DNA of 64,000 bases from Patescibacteria group bacterium (GCA_041662585.1 JBAZSG010000001.1:130381-194380); one strand, 5' to 3'. Positions 19,145 through 29,105 are shown, numbered from the stretch's first letter. The notes: generated by a model from the sequence alone, not told the origin. Numbers and translations: made by a program.

Positions 19145-20857
19145 TTACCAAGAACCACCACCGCCTCCGCCGCCACCACCACCGACGCTACCTCCAGAAG
19201 AGCTAACACTAGTGGTACTAGCAGCAGCTGTTTTAAAACTACTCAAACTAGAAGCAAAACTGATAGCACTAAAGCTAGCTCCCTGACCAGAGACATACCA
19301 ATCTGGCTCCTCCAAATAAATACCTTCAAATTGTTTGGCCCATTCTTTTTCTAGACCAAAGGCCATAGCATAAGGCAATAATTTTTCAAAAACTTGCGGA
19401 TCTTTGGCTGGTGCATTATGAAATTTTATTCTATCTTTTTCCGCTACATTTATGTATTCTTTTAAGCCCAAAATATATTCTTTGGCCAATGCTCCTTTAA
19501 TCGTCTTTTTGGGCATCTTGATACCAAAAGATATTACTATAATAATTGAAATTATTACAGAAAAAAACACAAAAAATATATAAGCTACATTACTAGAAAA
19601 AGAAAACGCTGCTTCAGCAAAAGCACGCACACCTATTACAATAATAGCTATAAGTATAATATAAAGTCTTCTGGTTTTTTGAGGATTTTTTTCAAAATAT
19701 CCTTGCTCAGTTACTAAAACATAAATAGCAGCTTCTATTTTCATCATCCATTTATAAGCTTTATTTTTTAAAGATGACATAAGCACCTTATCTACACCTT
19801 CACTAAACAAATTGTCTATTAAATCTTTTTGATACTGCCTAGCTAAATCACTTGAACTCTTTAATTTTTCTAATTCATAATCTTCTTTAGAAAAAAGACC
19901 ATCTTTTTGTATCCGCCTAATCCTCAAATACCCATGTATAGCCAGATAAATAATTTCAGCTGAAATATCTTTGCTGTGCACTCTTTCATCATATATTGTA
20001 CCCAATTCGGCTGGCATCATATCTTTGGGTGCTTCATATTGAGCTATGATAGCTCCTCTACCTTTTGGGTCGCGTCCTTTTTTGTACCAAATAAAAAACA
20101 TCAACAAAAAAGTAAAAATCGGCATAAAGCCAATGCTATATTTTTTTAAAAAAGCTATAATTATATTTGGTGGAGGTGGCTGACTTATAATCCCCTTATC
20201 AAAATAAAGATTGATAGTAACTCCTTGTGAAGATTTTAAAGCCTGAGATTTAAAAATAATTTTTTCTAATGTTTTATCACTAGCTATTTGATGTTTAGTA
20301 TTTGAACATTTGTTGGTACTATTATCGGCTCCCCAATAACAAGCTGTTTTTATTTGCTTTTGTGACAATCCTGGTGGCAAAAAAACATTAATTGAATTGT
20401 TGGCAATAGGTACTAACCAATAAGTACCAATGGCATTCCAAAAAAGATTGTCGCTTTCTTCAGTAAATACAAAAGCTCCTTTGACTTTGTAGTTGATAAT
20501 ATAAATTTTTAGCCCTGTGACATATTCATCAGCTGAGCCAATTTTGATACTCAAATCGTTTCCTTTTCTTGATATCTCTTTTTGATAAACATTTCCTTTA
20601 TCATCATTTACCCCAATATCATAAATTTCAAACTGTGTCTCTGAAAAACTCTTTTTCAAAATAGGGATATCACGATAAATGCCATGCTTTTGATTGTCCC
20701 CAAAATCATAATTAATGATTTCAGTAACCTCTAAAGTAGAGTCTTGTAAAATTTTAATGTCTACCTGATAATTTTGTATCTGCTCATTGCTAGCCAAAGC
20801 TGGAGAAATCCACAAAAAACAAAATAATAAACTCATGCTAAAAATAAAAAATTTCAT
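19145..20857 (-). CDS. DUF2207-like membrane protein with poly-Gly C-terminal tail
   Basis: Signal peptide, about 230-aa extracellular domain, TM segments, C-terminal ...SSGGSVGGGGGGGGGGSW tail as I recall for the DUF2207 family. Confidence 0.55.
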   Translation of the reverse strand: MKFFIFSMSLLFCFLWISPALASNEQIQNYQVDIKILQDSTLEVTEIINYDFGDNQKHGIYRDIPILKKSFSETQFEIYDIGVNDDKGNVYQKEISRKGNDLSIKIGSADEYVTGLKIYIINYKVKGAFVFTEESDNLFWNAIGTYWLVPIANNSINVFLPPGLSQKQIKTACYWGADNSTNKCSNTKHQIASDKTLEKIIFKSQALKSSQGVTINLYFDKGIISQPPPPNIIIAFLKKYSIGFMPIFTFLLMFFIWYKKGRDPKGRGAIIAQYEAPKDMMPAELGTIYDERVHSKDISAEIIYLAIHGYLRIRRIQKDGLFSKEDYELEKLKSSSDLARQYQKDLIDNLFSEGVDKVLMSSLKNKAYKWMMKIEAAIYVLVTEQGYFEKNPQKTRRLYIILIAIIVIGVRAFAEAAFSFSSNVAYIFFVFFSVIISIIIVISFGIKMPKKTIKGALAKEYILGLKEYINVAEKDRIKFHNAPAKDPQVFEKLLPYAMAFGLEKEWAKQFEGIYLEEPDWYVSGQGASFSAISFASSLSSFKTAAASTTSVSSSGGSVGGGGGGGGGGSW

Positions 20858-20939
20858 ATTTTTGATTTAATTTATGCTTTAAGCTTAGCATAAAAAGCGA
20901 AAAAATGTTATACTTTTTCTAGAAAAAGTAAAAATAAAA

Positions 20940-22295
20940 ATGGAAATAAAACTTACATCTTATGGAGCAAGTGAAGAAGTGACTGGTTCTTGTCACCTTT
21001 TAAATATCGATGGTTATCGAATACTGATTGACTGTGGTATGTGGCAAGGTGATTGGGACAACTATGTCCGAAACTGGGACAAGTTTTTATTTGACCCCCA
21101 AAATATAGATGCGGTCATCTTGACTCATGCTCACCTTGATCATTGTGGACGCCTGCCCAAACTCTATGCTGGAGGATACAATGGACCCATCTATGCAACC
21201 GATGCCACCATTGATTTGGCTAAAATAGTTTTGGAAGATAGCTATTTTATCATGGATGAAAAAGCCTTTCGTAAAAAAATGCCAAAAATATATTCTCAAG
21301 CTGATATGAACAAAACCATGAAAAGTTTTGTGCCTATCAAATATTATGAAAAACAAAATCTAAATCCTAATATTAGTTTTACACTACACAACGCTGGTCA
21401 TATATTGGGCTCAGCTATAGTAGAAATAAAAATAGCTGGAAAAACAATAGTCTTTTCTGGTGATATAGGCGGCGCAGAAATGCCACTAGTCAAAAATATT
21501 GATTTGCTAAAAAATGCTGACTATGTGATTTGTGAAGGTACCTATGGTGATCGCCTCCATCATGATAGAGCAACTCGCGACCAAGAACTCATCAAAGCTG
21601 TACAACGTGCTACTCTCAATCATGCTACTTTGCTAATTACTATTTTTGCTATAGAGCGTACTCAAGATATACTCAGAGTATTAAATAATTATTATGAAAA
21701 ACATCTAGATTTTTCTGCTCCGGTATTTTTGGATAGTCCGATGGCTGCCAAAGCTACTTTGATCTATAAAAAATATCTCAGCTACTTAAACCAAGCAGCT
21801 CAAGATGATATACAACAAGATAAAGATATTTTTAGTTTTCCTCATCTAAAAATCACCAACCAGATTCGCAAATCAAAAGAAATAAATACTGTGCCGCCCC
21901 CAAAAATTATTATGGCTGGATCAGGTATGATGGAAGGTGGACGCATGATACATCACTTGTCTCAATACATTGGTGACAAAAACAACAATATATTATTTAT
22001 GGGTTTTCAGGTTCCTGGTACACTGGGTCATACCATATTAAATGGTGCTTTTGATTTTGACTATTATGGTAGGAAAATTGAAATAAAAGCCGTGGCTGAT
22101 CAGATAGATGGCTTTTCTGCTCACGGTGATCAGGCAGCTTTACTGACTTGGCTCAAAAGCTTTAAACATCCCAAACAAATACTCCTTGTGCATGGAAACA
22201 AGCGCGTTTTGGAAAAATTTGCTATAATAATAAAGGAGGGATTAAATCTTGATGCTCAGGTCATGAAATTTAACCAGCCTATAACCTTAAATTAA
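20940..22295 (+). CDS. metallo-beta-lactamase / beta-CASP family RNA-metabolising hydrolase
   Basis: HAHLDHCGRLP zinc-binding motif, further His/Asp motifs, beta-CASP-like C-terminal half; 451 aa. Confidence 0.75.
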   Translation: MEIKLTSYGASEEVTGSCHLLNIDGYRILIDCGMWQGDWDNYVRNWDKFLFDPQNIDAVILTHAHLDHCGRLPKLYAGGYNGPIYATDATIDLAKIVLEDSYFIMDEKAFRKKMPKIYSQADMNKTMKSFVPIKYYEKQNLNPNISFTLHNAGHILGSAIVEIKIAGKTIVFSGDIGGAEMPLVKNIDLLKNADYVICEGTYGDRLHHDRATRDQELIKAVQRATLNHATLLITIFAIERTQDILRVLNNYYEKHLDFSAPVFLDSPMAAKATLIYKKYLSYLNQAAQDDIQQDKDIFSFPHLKITNQIRKSKEINTVPPPKIIMAGSGMMEGGRMIHHLSQYIGDKNNNILFMGFQVPGTLGHTILNGAFDFDYYGRKIEIKAVADQIDGFSAHGDQAALLTWLKSFKHPKQILLVHGNKRVLEKFAIIIKEGLNLDAQVMKFNQPITLN

Positions 22296-22322
22296 TAATT
22301 AATAAGTCTTAACTAAAAAAGT

Positions 22323-22445
22323 ATGGCCAAACAAAACAAACTTACTTTTCCTTGGTTGATGCTATATATCATGGTAGCATTTGTACTAGTTACTTATGTG
22401 GTATTAGCCACCTGGTATATACAAGGAGCAGGTTGTGTAGCTTAA
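22323..22445 (+). CDS. possible 40-aa hydrophobic micropeptide
   Basis: ORF MAKQNKLTFPWLMLYIMVAFVLVTYVVLATWYIQGAGCVA followed by a clean terminator (22455-22477); no SD, weak support. Confidence 0.25.
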   Translation: MAKQNKLTFPWLMLYIMVAFVLVTYVVLATWYIQGAGCVA

Positions 22446-22454
22446 AACAAAATA

Positions 22455-22478
22455 CCTCGCCTTTAGCGAGGTTTTTTG
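22455..22478 (+). terminator. intrinsic terminator
   Basis: CCTCGC-CTTTA-GCGAGG followed by TTTTTTG. Confidence 0.65.
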
Positions 22479-22532
22479 TTTGACAAACAAATAATATAGT
22501 TATAAAGTTTTGTAAAATCAGTTCTTTAATTC

Positions 22533-22868
22533 ATGGAGGAATTAATGAGTAATAAAAATAAACTTTTGTTTATTGTCATTATTGAATTCTTTCTTGGATT
22601 CATCTTCTGGCCAGCTTTTTGCTTGGCTTTATTCTTTTTTGTAGTCTACCTCAGTGTAGATACAAACAAAAAAAATATAGCTGAAGAAAATGATAAAAAG
22701 CTGTCCTGTTGTCCAAACTGTCAATCTAGACACTATCTAGTATTCCCCCAAAGAAGCAAATTAAGACTGCACAAACTAAGCTTTGTGAGTCACAAAGTAA
22801 CTCTTTTTGAGTGTCTAGACTGTGAAGCTAAATGGTATACATACGAAGTAGACCACTATGCTGAATAA
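22533..22868 (+). CDS. membrane-anchored zinc-ribbon protein (hypothetical)
   Basis: N-terminal TM helix; CCPNCQ...CLDCEAKW paired CxxC motifs; 111 aa. Confidence 0.45.
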   Translation: MEELMSNKNKLLFIVIIEFFLGFIFWPAFCLALFFFVVYLSVDTNKKNIAEENDKKLSCCPNCQSRHYLVFPQRSKLRLHKLSFVSHKVTLFECLDCEAKWYTYEVDHYAE

Positions 22869-22870
22869 AA

Positions 22871-22898
22871 ACGCGATACCAACCGGTATCGCGTTTTT
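22871..22898. terminator. bidirectional intrinsic terminator between convergent genes
   Basis: AAAAACGCGATACC-AACC-GGTATCGCGTTTTT, perfect stem flanked by A and T tracts. Confidence 0.7.
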
Positions 22899-22913
22899 CT
22901 AAATATATATAAT

Positions 22914-23099
22914 TTAACTTAAGCTTCGACGTTGATTGAGAGGATTTTCTATTTCTTCCTCTGGCTTATCTCTAGCCTCTAGAGGTAGCTGTGGATATTT
23001 TTCTTTGTCCAATCCTCCATTATAAAGAATCGGATCCATAATATCTTCTTTGACTTTGGTTTTGGTTTTTTTCTTGGCTTTTTTAAATAATTGAGACAT
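22914..23099 (-). CDS. small basic hypothetical protein
   Basis: 61-aa ORF, Lys-rich N-terminus; convergent with the upstream gene. Confidence 0.3.
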   Translation of the reverse strand: MSQLFKKAKKKTKTKVKEDIMDPILYNGGLDKEKYPQLPLEARDKPEEEIENPLNQRRSLS

Positions 23100-23262
23100 A
23101 TATTTGTATATGAGACATCATAGCAGATAGCAATACTAGTGACAATAGCCCCAAAAATGTTCTAATTGGACAATTGGCTTAAAAGGATTTATAATGTAAT
23201 GACCTTGGGATAGCTAAAAATAGCTCCTGACGAAAATAAAAAGACGAAAATTTGGCAAAGCT

Positions 23263-23296
23263 ACATCTTGTGTGATATAATATTTTTGGACACAAG
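23263..23296 (+). promoter_or_regulatory. candidate nrdJ promoter/operator: extended -10 (TGATATAAT) embedded in a 9-bp perfect inverted repeat ATCTTGTGT...ACACAAGAT
   Basis: Palindrome arms separated by 16 nt containing TGnTATAAT; about 105 nt upstream of the nrdJ start; ACAC/GTGT-rich like NrdR-type boxes but not a consensus match. Confidence 0.3.
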
Positions 23297-23400
23297 ATAT
23301 AGTAAAAAGCGCTAATAATTTTTGTCCTTTTTTTATCTCTCTAGAGTAAAATTAACAAAAAGCCCCCGTTTTTTTGAACGGGCAGTAAAAAATAATCCCC

Positions 23401-26340
23401 ATGCAAGTAAAAGAAATAAAAAAAAGAGATGGCCGAATAGAAAAATTTGACCAATCTAAGCTCATTTCTTCCTTATCTCAAGCAATTATTAGTACTGGTC
23501 TAAAAGACAATCCCATTTCTGGCAAAATGGCTCATCAAGTAATCAAATATTTAGAAGAAAATGACTACAATACTCCCACTATTACTAGTGATGATATACG
23601 TAATGCTGTAAATACAATATTATTGGACAATAACTATACTGAAGTGGCCAAAGCCTATTCCAAAACACGTGGCCAAAAACTAATCAAAGAAAAAGAGTTG
23701 GCTTCTGGTATCAAAAAAATCAAAAAAAGAGACGGCACCATTGTAAACTTTGATAAAGACAAGATTTTTTCGGCTCTATTCAAAGCTGGACAAGCTTCTA
23801 GTGAATACAATAGAGAAGAAGCCCAGCGACTAGCTGATGTAGTGACTGCCATACTAGAACACAAATTTAATGATCATCTTACTCCTGGTGTAGAGCAAAT
23901 CCAAGATATCATTGAAATCATCTTGATTCAATCAAATTGGGCCAAGACTGCCAAACACTTTATCCTCTACAGAGAACAGCGAAAAAAAATCCGTTTAGAG
24001 CAAGGCAAGGATGTTACTTCTGCTGAGGTCAAAAGATTACAAGAAGCTGGTGTAAATCTTTCTAAACAAGCCAAACATATTTTGAACAACTCTACCAATT
24101 TTGATGAATTGGGTAGGATTATTTTTTTGGACCGTTATTCTATCAAAGAAAAGCGAGAAGATATTGCTTTGGGAGATATAGTAATAGCCATTACCAAAGA
24201 AGATAGAAAATATCCCAAAAAAGATCTAGGCATTGTCAAAGAAATACTTGGTGCTGATAAAATAAAGCTGCACATGCTGACTGGTATTTATGCTGAAGAG
24301 GCCAACAATTATGAATTTGAGCAGGAAATATACAAATGCGACAAACCAAAAGAAGCTATTTCTGATGCCCATCGTCGTATTGCTAGGGCCGTCGCCAGTG
24401 TAGAAACTACAGATGAAAATAAAACTAAATATTTTGAAGAATTTTTTGAAGCTTTAAATAAAAAATATATCCAACCAGCTGGACGTATCATGACTGGAGC
24501 AAATATTGACACTCATGGCAACTATACTTCCAATCTGACTCTATTTAACTGCTATGTCTTACCCTCTCCACTAGATTCTAGAAAAGCCATAGTCAAAGAA
24601 TCTCTCCACCAAATGGTAGAGGTAATGAGTCGTGGTGGTGGCGTCGGTATGACTCTATCAGCTTTGCGTCCTCGCTATGCCTATGTCAAAGGAGTCCACG
24701 GTAAATCATCTGGCTCTGTATCTTGGGCTGGATTATTTTCCTATGCTACAGGACTAATAGAACAAGGTGGTTCACGTCGTGGTGCTCTGATGCTCATGCA
24801 ACATGACTGGCATCCTGATGTTATAGAATTTATATCTGCCAAAACAGTGGCTGGTCAAATTGAAAATGCCAATATATCAGTACTCATATCCGATAGTTTT
24901 ATGGAGGCCGTCAAAAACAACGGTGATTGGAACTTGGAATTCCCTGATTATGAAAATCCAGCTTATGCTGATACCTATGACAAACAATGGACAGGTGATA
25001 TGGAAGCTTGGAAAGAGGCTGGCTATCCAACCAAAATATACAAAACTATCAAAGCGCGTGATTTTTGGAACAAGCTCATCACCTCAGCTCATGCTAGTGC
25101 CGAACCAGGTATAGTATTTATGGAGCGCTACAACAAAGAATCAAACTCATATTACTTCAACAAAATCATCTGTACCAATCCTTGTGGTGAACAGGGTCTA
25201 CCAGGTTGGGGAGTCTGTAATCTTGGTCATCTTTATTTAGCTTCTTTTCTAGAAGAAGATGGTCATGATGATTTGGGTCCAACCTATAAAATAAATTGGT
25301 TTGAGCTTCGCAAAGCAGCTCGCACTCTAGCTCGTTTCTTGGACAATGTCATTGATCTGACCCCTTATCACTTCCCAGAAAATGAACTAAATCAAAAAAA
25401 TGAAAGAAGAGTCGGTGGTGGTACTCTAGGACTAGGTGAAATGCTGATAAAATTACGCTTGCGCTACGGTTCAGATGAATCACTAGCTTTTATAGACGAG
25501 CTCTACAAAGCTATATCTTCTGAAATGTATAAAGAATCATCTCGCATTGCCAAAGAAAAAGGCTCTTTTCCAAAGTTTAATGCTGACAAATTCTTGAACT
25601 CTGGCTTTATGAAGAAAATGCCAGAAGATGTGCGTCAAATGATCAGAGAAAATGGTATCCGCAATGTAACTTTGACTACTCAAGCACCAACTGGCACTGT
25701 CGGATCCATGCTATCTACTTCTACTGGTATTGAACCATACTATGCTTTCAAATTTTATCGTCAGTCTAGACTAGGCTTCCATGAAGTGCTCATTCCTCTA
25801 GCTCAAGAATACAAGAGTAATGGTGCTTTACCAGAGTTTTTTGTCTCAGCAATGGAACTAGATCCTCTAGAACACGTCAAAGTGCAAGCGGCTGTCCAAA
25901 AATGGACTGACTCCTCTATTTCCAAAACAGCCAATGCTCCAGCTGACTATACAGTTGAACAAACTGCTCAGCTCTATGAAAAAGCCTACGAACTAGGCTG
26001 TAAAGGTGTAACTATCTATAGAGATTCTTCTCGTGATGAACAAGTACTATCTACTGACTCAAATACCGAAGAAAAAAATCTAGCTTACAATGGCGAACGC
26101 AAGCCAAGTAAACAAGAACAAATCCCTACTTTTAAGGAAGCGGTCAAAGAAGAGATCCCAGAGATGCAAAACCCTCGTCAGCATGCTGGTATAGAGCTCC
26201 CAGAGGACGATGACAAAGAATATGGCACTAGCGTGGGTCAAACCTGCCCTCAGTGCAAAAAGGGCATTATGGTCAAGTTTGGAGGCTGTACAGAGTGTTC
26301 CAAACAATGCGGTATGAAGGGCTCATGTGATATAAGATAA
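23401..26340 (+). CDS. nrdJ: class II (adenosylcobalamin-dependent) ribonucleotide reductase with two N-terminal ATP-cone domains and C-terminal Zn ribbon
   Basis: Two ATP-cone repeats (VKEIKKRDGRIEKFD, IKKIKKRDGTIVNFD), RNR class II catalytic core (PCGEQ, thiyl Cys region), C-terminal CPQCKKG...C...C; 979 aa. Confidence 0.9.
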   Translation: MQVKEIKKRDGRIEKFDQSKLISSLSQAIISTGLKDNPISGKMAHQVIKYLEENDYNTPTITSDDIRNAVNTILLDNNYTEVAKAYSKTRGQKLIKEKELASGIKKIKKRDGTIVNFDKDKIFSALFKAGQASSEYNREEAQRLADVVTAILEHKFNDHLTPGVEQIQDIIEIILIQSNWAKTAKHFILYREQRKKIRLEQGKDVTSAEVKRLQEAGVNLSKQAKHILNNSTNFDELGRIIFLDRYSIKEKREDIALGDIVIAITKEDRKYPKKDLGIVKEILGADKIKLHMLTGIYAEEANNYEFEQEIYKCDKPKEAISDAHRRIARAVASVETTDENKTKYFEEFFEALNKKYIQPAGRIMTGANIDTHGNYTSNLTLFNCYVLPSPLDSRKAIVKESLHQMVEVMSRGGGVGMTLSALRPRYAYVKGVHGKSSGSVSWAGLFSYATGLIEQGGSRRGALMLMQHDWHPDVIEFISAKTVAGQIENANISVLISDSFMEAVKNNGDWNLEFPDYENPAYADTYDKQWTGDMEAWKEAGYPTKIYKTIKARDFWNKLITSAHASAEPGIVFMERYNKESNSYYFNKIICTNPCGEQGLPGWGVCNLGHLYLASFLEEDGHDDLGPTYKINWFELRKAARTLARFLDNVIDLTPYHFPENELNQKNERRVGGGTLGLGEMLIKLRLRYGSDESLAFIDELYKAISSEMYKESSRIAKEKGSFPKFNADKFLNSGFMKKMPEDVRQMIRENGIRNVTLTTQAPTGTVGSMLSTSTGIEPYYAFKFYRQSRLGFHEVLIPLAQEYKSNGALPEFFVSAMELDPLEHVKVQAAVQKWTDSSISKTANAPADYTVEQTAQLYEKAYELGCKGVTIYRDSSRDEQVLSTDSNTEEKNLAYNGERKPSKQEQIPTFKEAVKEEIPEMQNPRQHAGIELPEDDDKEYGTSVGQTCPQCKKGIMVKFGGCTECSKQCGMKGSCDIR

Positions 26341-26349
26341 ATTAAGTAA

Positions 26350-26377
26350 ACGGGAGCTTTTCTAGCTCCCGTTTTTT
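26350..26377 (+). terminator. intrinsic terminator after nrdJ
   Basis: CGGGAGCTTTTCTAGCTCCCG followed by TTTTTT. Confidence 0.7.
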
Positions 26378-26406
26378 AATGTAGTTAATTAGCTTAATAT
26401 AAAAAT

Positions 26407-26928
26407 ATGTACAATTTTTTAAATTTAGATGAAAAAACAAGAGAATTAATGATCTCCGAAATTAACTGGGCAATAAAAAATAATGAACTTTATTACAGTA
26501 CAAGATTTATTGATGGACAAAAAGAAAAATGGCAACAACTATTACTTGAAGCTGCTAAAAATCATAACGAACATTGGCTTGCATTTCAAATAGAGAATAA
26601 CTCTATGCTAAAAGATTTTGAAGAAGCAGAAAAACCAAAAGGTGGTTACACAATTAAACACGTTCCTAATACTGCCTCTGAAACATTAGCAAGCGGACAA
26701 TTTAATAGATATTATATACTTGGTTTAGCTCAAAGAGCTGTTTTAGAGAATAAAAATGCTTTGGAGGTTTATAGAGCAAAAGATAGTCAAGAACAAAGAG
26801 ACGGTTCTGAAGCATTAATCGGACGAACTTTTAATCCCGCCGAATTAATTGAACAACTCCGTACAACTCAAGCTAGTTTTAAATCTGAGTTGGCAAAACC
26901 TAATTCTGGAATAAGTGTAAAATTATAA
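26407..26928 (+). CDS. hypothetical protein
   Basis: 173-aa soluble ORF, no recognisable motif; coding-like composition. Confidence 0.45.
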   Translation: MYNFLNLDEKTRELMISEINWAIKNNELYYSTRFIDGQKEKWQQLLLEAAKNHNEHWLAFQIENNSMLKDFEEAEKPKGGYTIKHVPNTASETLASGQFNRYYILGLAQRAVLENKNALEVYRAKDSQEQRDGSEALIGRTFNPAELIEQLRTTQASFKSELAKPNSGISVKL

Positions 26929-26932
26929 AAAT

Positions 26933-27613
26933 ATGAAAAATGTACAAACAATATTTAGTGATGGAACATCTAGAGTGGTCAATTTACATCAAACTCCAGA
27001 CACATGTCCTTTTTGCCATCATGCAATTGATCCAAATATCCATATGGCATATTGCGATCAATCTAAATGGAATCAAAATAATTGCTTACAAGTTATATAT
27101 CGCTGTACTAAAAATGACTGTCGTAACTTATTTATAGCTTATTATGAAGCTGGTTCTTCTACATGTGCCACTTTTACATATAAAAATTCACGCCCGATGA
27201 ATAAAAAAGGTCGTACATTTACAGACACTGTTTTAAATATTTCTCCAAGCCTTTGTACTATATATAATCAGTCACTTTCTGCTGAACAAGACGGACTTAC
27301 TGAGATTTGTGGTGTTGGATATAGAAAATCTTTAGAATTTTTAATAAAGGACTATCTAATACAAAAACTTCCAGACCAAGAAGAAGCTATCAAAAATAAA
27401 TTTTTAGGTGATTGTATAAAAGATGGTATCGAAAATGACAATATTAAAAATATGGCAAAAAGAGCAGTCTGGTTAGGAAATGATGAGACTCATTATTTAA
27501 AAAAATGGGTTGATAAAGATTTAGAAGATTTAAAAAAATTAATTGATGCTACTATATATTGGATTGAAATGGAAAAATTAGCAGAAGATACTCAACAAGA
27601 TATGCCAGAATAA
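26933..27613 (+). CDS. hypothetical protein with N-terminal treble-clef/zinc-ribbon-like Cys cluster and C-terminal helical domain
   Basis: CPFCHH...C...CTKNDC cysteine/histidine cluster; C-terminal ICGVGYRKSLEFLIKDY...AVWLGNDETHY region of the kind seen in DUF4145-type proteins (from memory, unverified). Confidence 0.45.
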   Translation: MKNVQTIFSDGTSRVVNLHQTPDTCPFCHHAIDPNIHMAYCDQSKWNQNNCLQVIYRCTKNDCRNLFIAYYEAGSSTCATFTYKNSRPMNKKGRTFTDTVLNISPSLCTIYNQSLSAEQDGLTEICGVGYRKSLEFLIKDYLIQKLPDQEEAIKNKFLGDCIKDGIENDNIKNMAKRAVWLGNDETHYLKKWVDKDLEDLKKLIDATIYWIEMEKLAEDTQQDMPE

Positions 27614-27659
27614 TTTAACTATACAAAATTCTAAATAAAAATAACCTTATAACACCCCA

Positions 27660-27686
27660 AGCTCCGCCGTAGGCGGGGCTTTTTTT
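27660..27686 (+). repeat. copy 1 of repeated GC-rich hairpin AGCYCCGCC-GTA-GGCGGGGCT followed by T7 (terminator)
   Basis: 9-bp stem, 3-nt loop, one wobble difference from the other two copies; followed by TTTTTTT. Confidence 0.7.
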
Positions 27687-27688
27687 AT

Positions 27689-27717
27689 TTGTACTTTCCC
27701 CCTCAATACAGTAAAAT
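27689..27717 (+). promoter_or_regulatory. promoter TTGTAC-17-TAAAAT (copy A of a duplicated promoter module)
   Basis: -35-like TTGTAC 27689-27694, 17-nt spacer TTTCCCCCTCAATACAG, -10 TAAAAT 27712-27717; 28 nt upstream of the 27745 ORF. Confidence 0.5.
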
Positions 27718-27744
27718 AATTATATATTAAATAAATATTTTTGA

Positions 27745-28497
27745 ATGCAAAATACCTTTAATCAAGCCTCGGCTATAAAATTAATAAATAAAAATATCGC
27801 CAGCACCAAAGCCAATGGTCAAACTTTTTTGTATATTCCTCAAATAAAAAATAAATTATTAATTACTGCAGGAGTTTTTAATCCCACTTTAACCAATGTA
27901 ACCCCTTTTTTTGCAAAAAATATAAATATCAGATGGAAGGGAGAAAAATTTCTCGACCTATGTACTGGTTCTGGTTTCTTGGCAATCTTAGAGGCTCAAA
28001 AAGGAGCTATTGTTACTGCAAGTGATATTAATAAAAATGCATTAAATTGTGCTAAAAAAAATATTAACCGACTTAAATTAAATAAAAAAATAAAAATTAT
28101 AAAAAGTGACTTATTTTCAGCATTAAAAAATAAACATTTTGATACAATTACAATAAATCCGCCTCTTATCCCTATAAAAGAAGACACCCTAAAACAAAAC
28201 AAAAGCCTCCTCTCAACCAAAAAAAATGTTATCAAAGGATTAAATCAAGCTATGTATGATCCTAATATGACATTACTAAAAAGATTTTTTAATAAAGTAA
28301 ATGAGCATTTAAACAAAAATGGCAGAATATTAATAGTCTATAGCAATTCATCAGAAAAACTAAAATTAAACTCCAAGCCTATTATTAGTATATTGTGTAA
28401 AAAATATCATTTTAAAGAAAAAAAACTTAATAGCCTAATCAAACATGGGGAGAAATATACTATATTTGAAATTTCACGTATGCCATCTACAAAATAA
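27745..28497 (+). CDS. class I SAM-dependent methyltransferase (HemK/PrmC-like small MTase domain, NPPL motif)
   Basis: LDLCTGSGFLAI SAM-binding motif I, acidic residue after beta2 (ASDIN), ITINPPL motif IV; 250 aa. Confidence 0.65.
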   Translation: MQNTFNQASAIKLINKNIASTKANGQTFLYIPQIKNKLLITAGVFNPTLTNVTPFFAKNINIRWKGEKFLDLCTGSGFLAILEAQKGAIVTASDINKNALNCAKKNINRLKLNKKIKIIKSDLFSALKNKHFDTITINPPLIPIKEDTLKQNKSLLSTKKNVIKGLNQAMYDPNMTLLKRFFNKVNEHLNKNGRILIVYSNSSEKLKLNSKPIISILCKKYHFKEKKLNSLIKHGEKYTIFEISRMPSTK

Positions 28498-28528
28498 ATC
28501 CCTCATATTATACATATTCCTATACTCT

Positions 28529-28549
28529 AGCCCCGCCGTAGGCGGGGCT
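28529..28549 (+). repeat. copy 2 of the repeated hairpin AGCCCCGCC-GTA-GGCGGGGCT
   Basis: Identical 21-mer to the copy at 31125; followed by a weak T/A tract. Confidence 0.65.
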
Positions 28550-28661
28550 TTAAAATTAATACGAGAATTGATAAATTTTGATAATTTACATATTCATAAA
28601 AATTGGTTATCCTAGTAGTATATTAATAAAAAAAATAATTTAATTTTTACCCCTCGCAATT

Positions 28662-29105
28662 ATGAAGATAACAATTTGCGGAAGCATAGCATTTTACGAT
28701 GAAATGCTCGACGTAAAGAAAAAATTAGAACAGCTTGGTCATCTGGTTAAATTGCCGCCTTTCGAGGTCAAAGATGAAAATGGCGATATGATTCCTGTGA
28801 AGGAATATTATGCTAAAAGAAAAGCCGAAACGAATGACACTAGTTGGATTTGGGACAGGAAAGAAGAGGCTATGAAGTTGCATTTTGAAAAAGTAACCTG
28901 GAGTGATGTTGTTTTAATTTTAAATTATAATAAAAATAATATTCCAAATTATATAGGTGCCAATACCTTATTAGAAATGGGCCTAGCCTTTCATCTGAAC
29001 AAAAAAATATTTTTACTAAATGATATTCCTGAAATAAATTATAAAGAGGAGCTCCTCGGAATGAAACCAATGGTTATTCACAATGATCTAACAAAAATAA
29101 AATAG
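28662..29105 (+). CDS. nucleoside 2-deoxyribosyltransferase-like / Rcl-like protein (tentative)
   Basis: MKITICGSIAFYDEM N-terminus and about 150-aa size resemble the flavodoxin-like deoxyribosyltransferase/DNPH1 fold; weak, from memory. Confidence 0.35.
   Translation: MKITICGSIAFYDEMLDVKKKLEQLGHLVKLPPFEVKDENGDMIPVKEYYAKRKAETNDTSWIWDRKEEAMKLHFEKVTWSDVVLILNYNKNNIPNYIGANTLLEMGLAFHLNKKIFLLNDIPEINYKEELLGMKPMVIHNDLTKIK

Noticed and set aside
23100-23400. Possible cobalamin riboswitch upstream of nrdJ
   Set aside because: No B12-box-like GCCACTG core or conserved cobalamin-aptamer blocks recognisable. Biologically a B12-dependent enzyme would not be B12-repressed.
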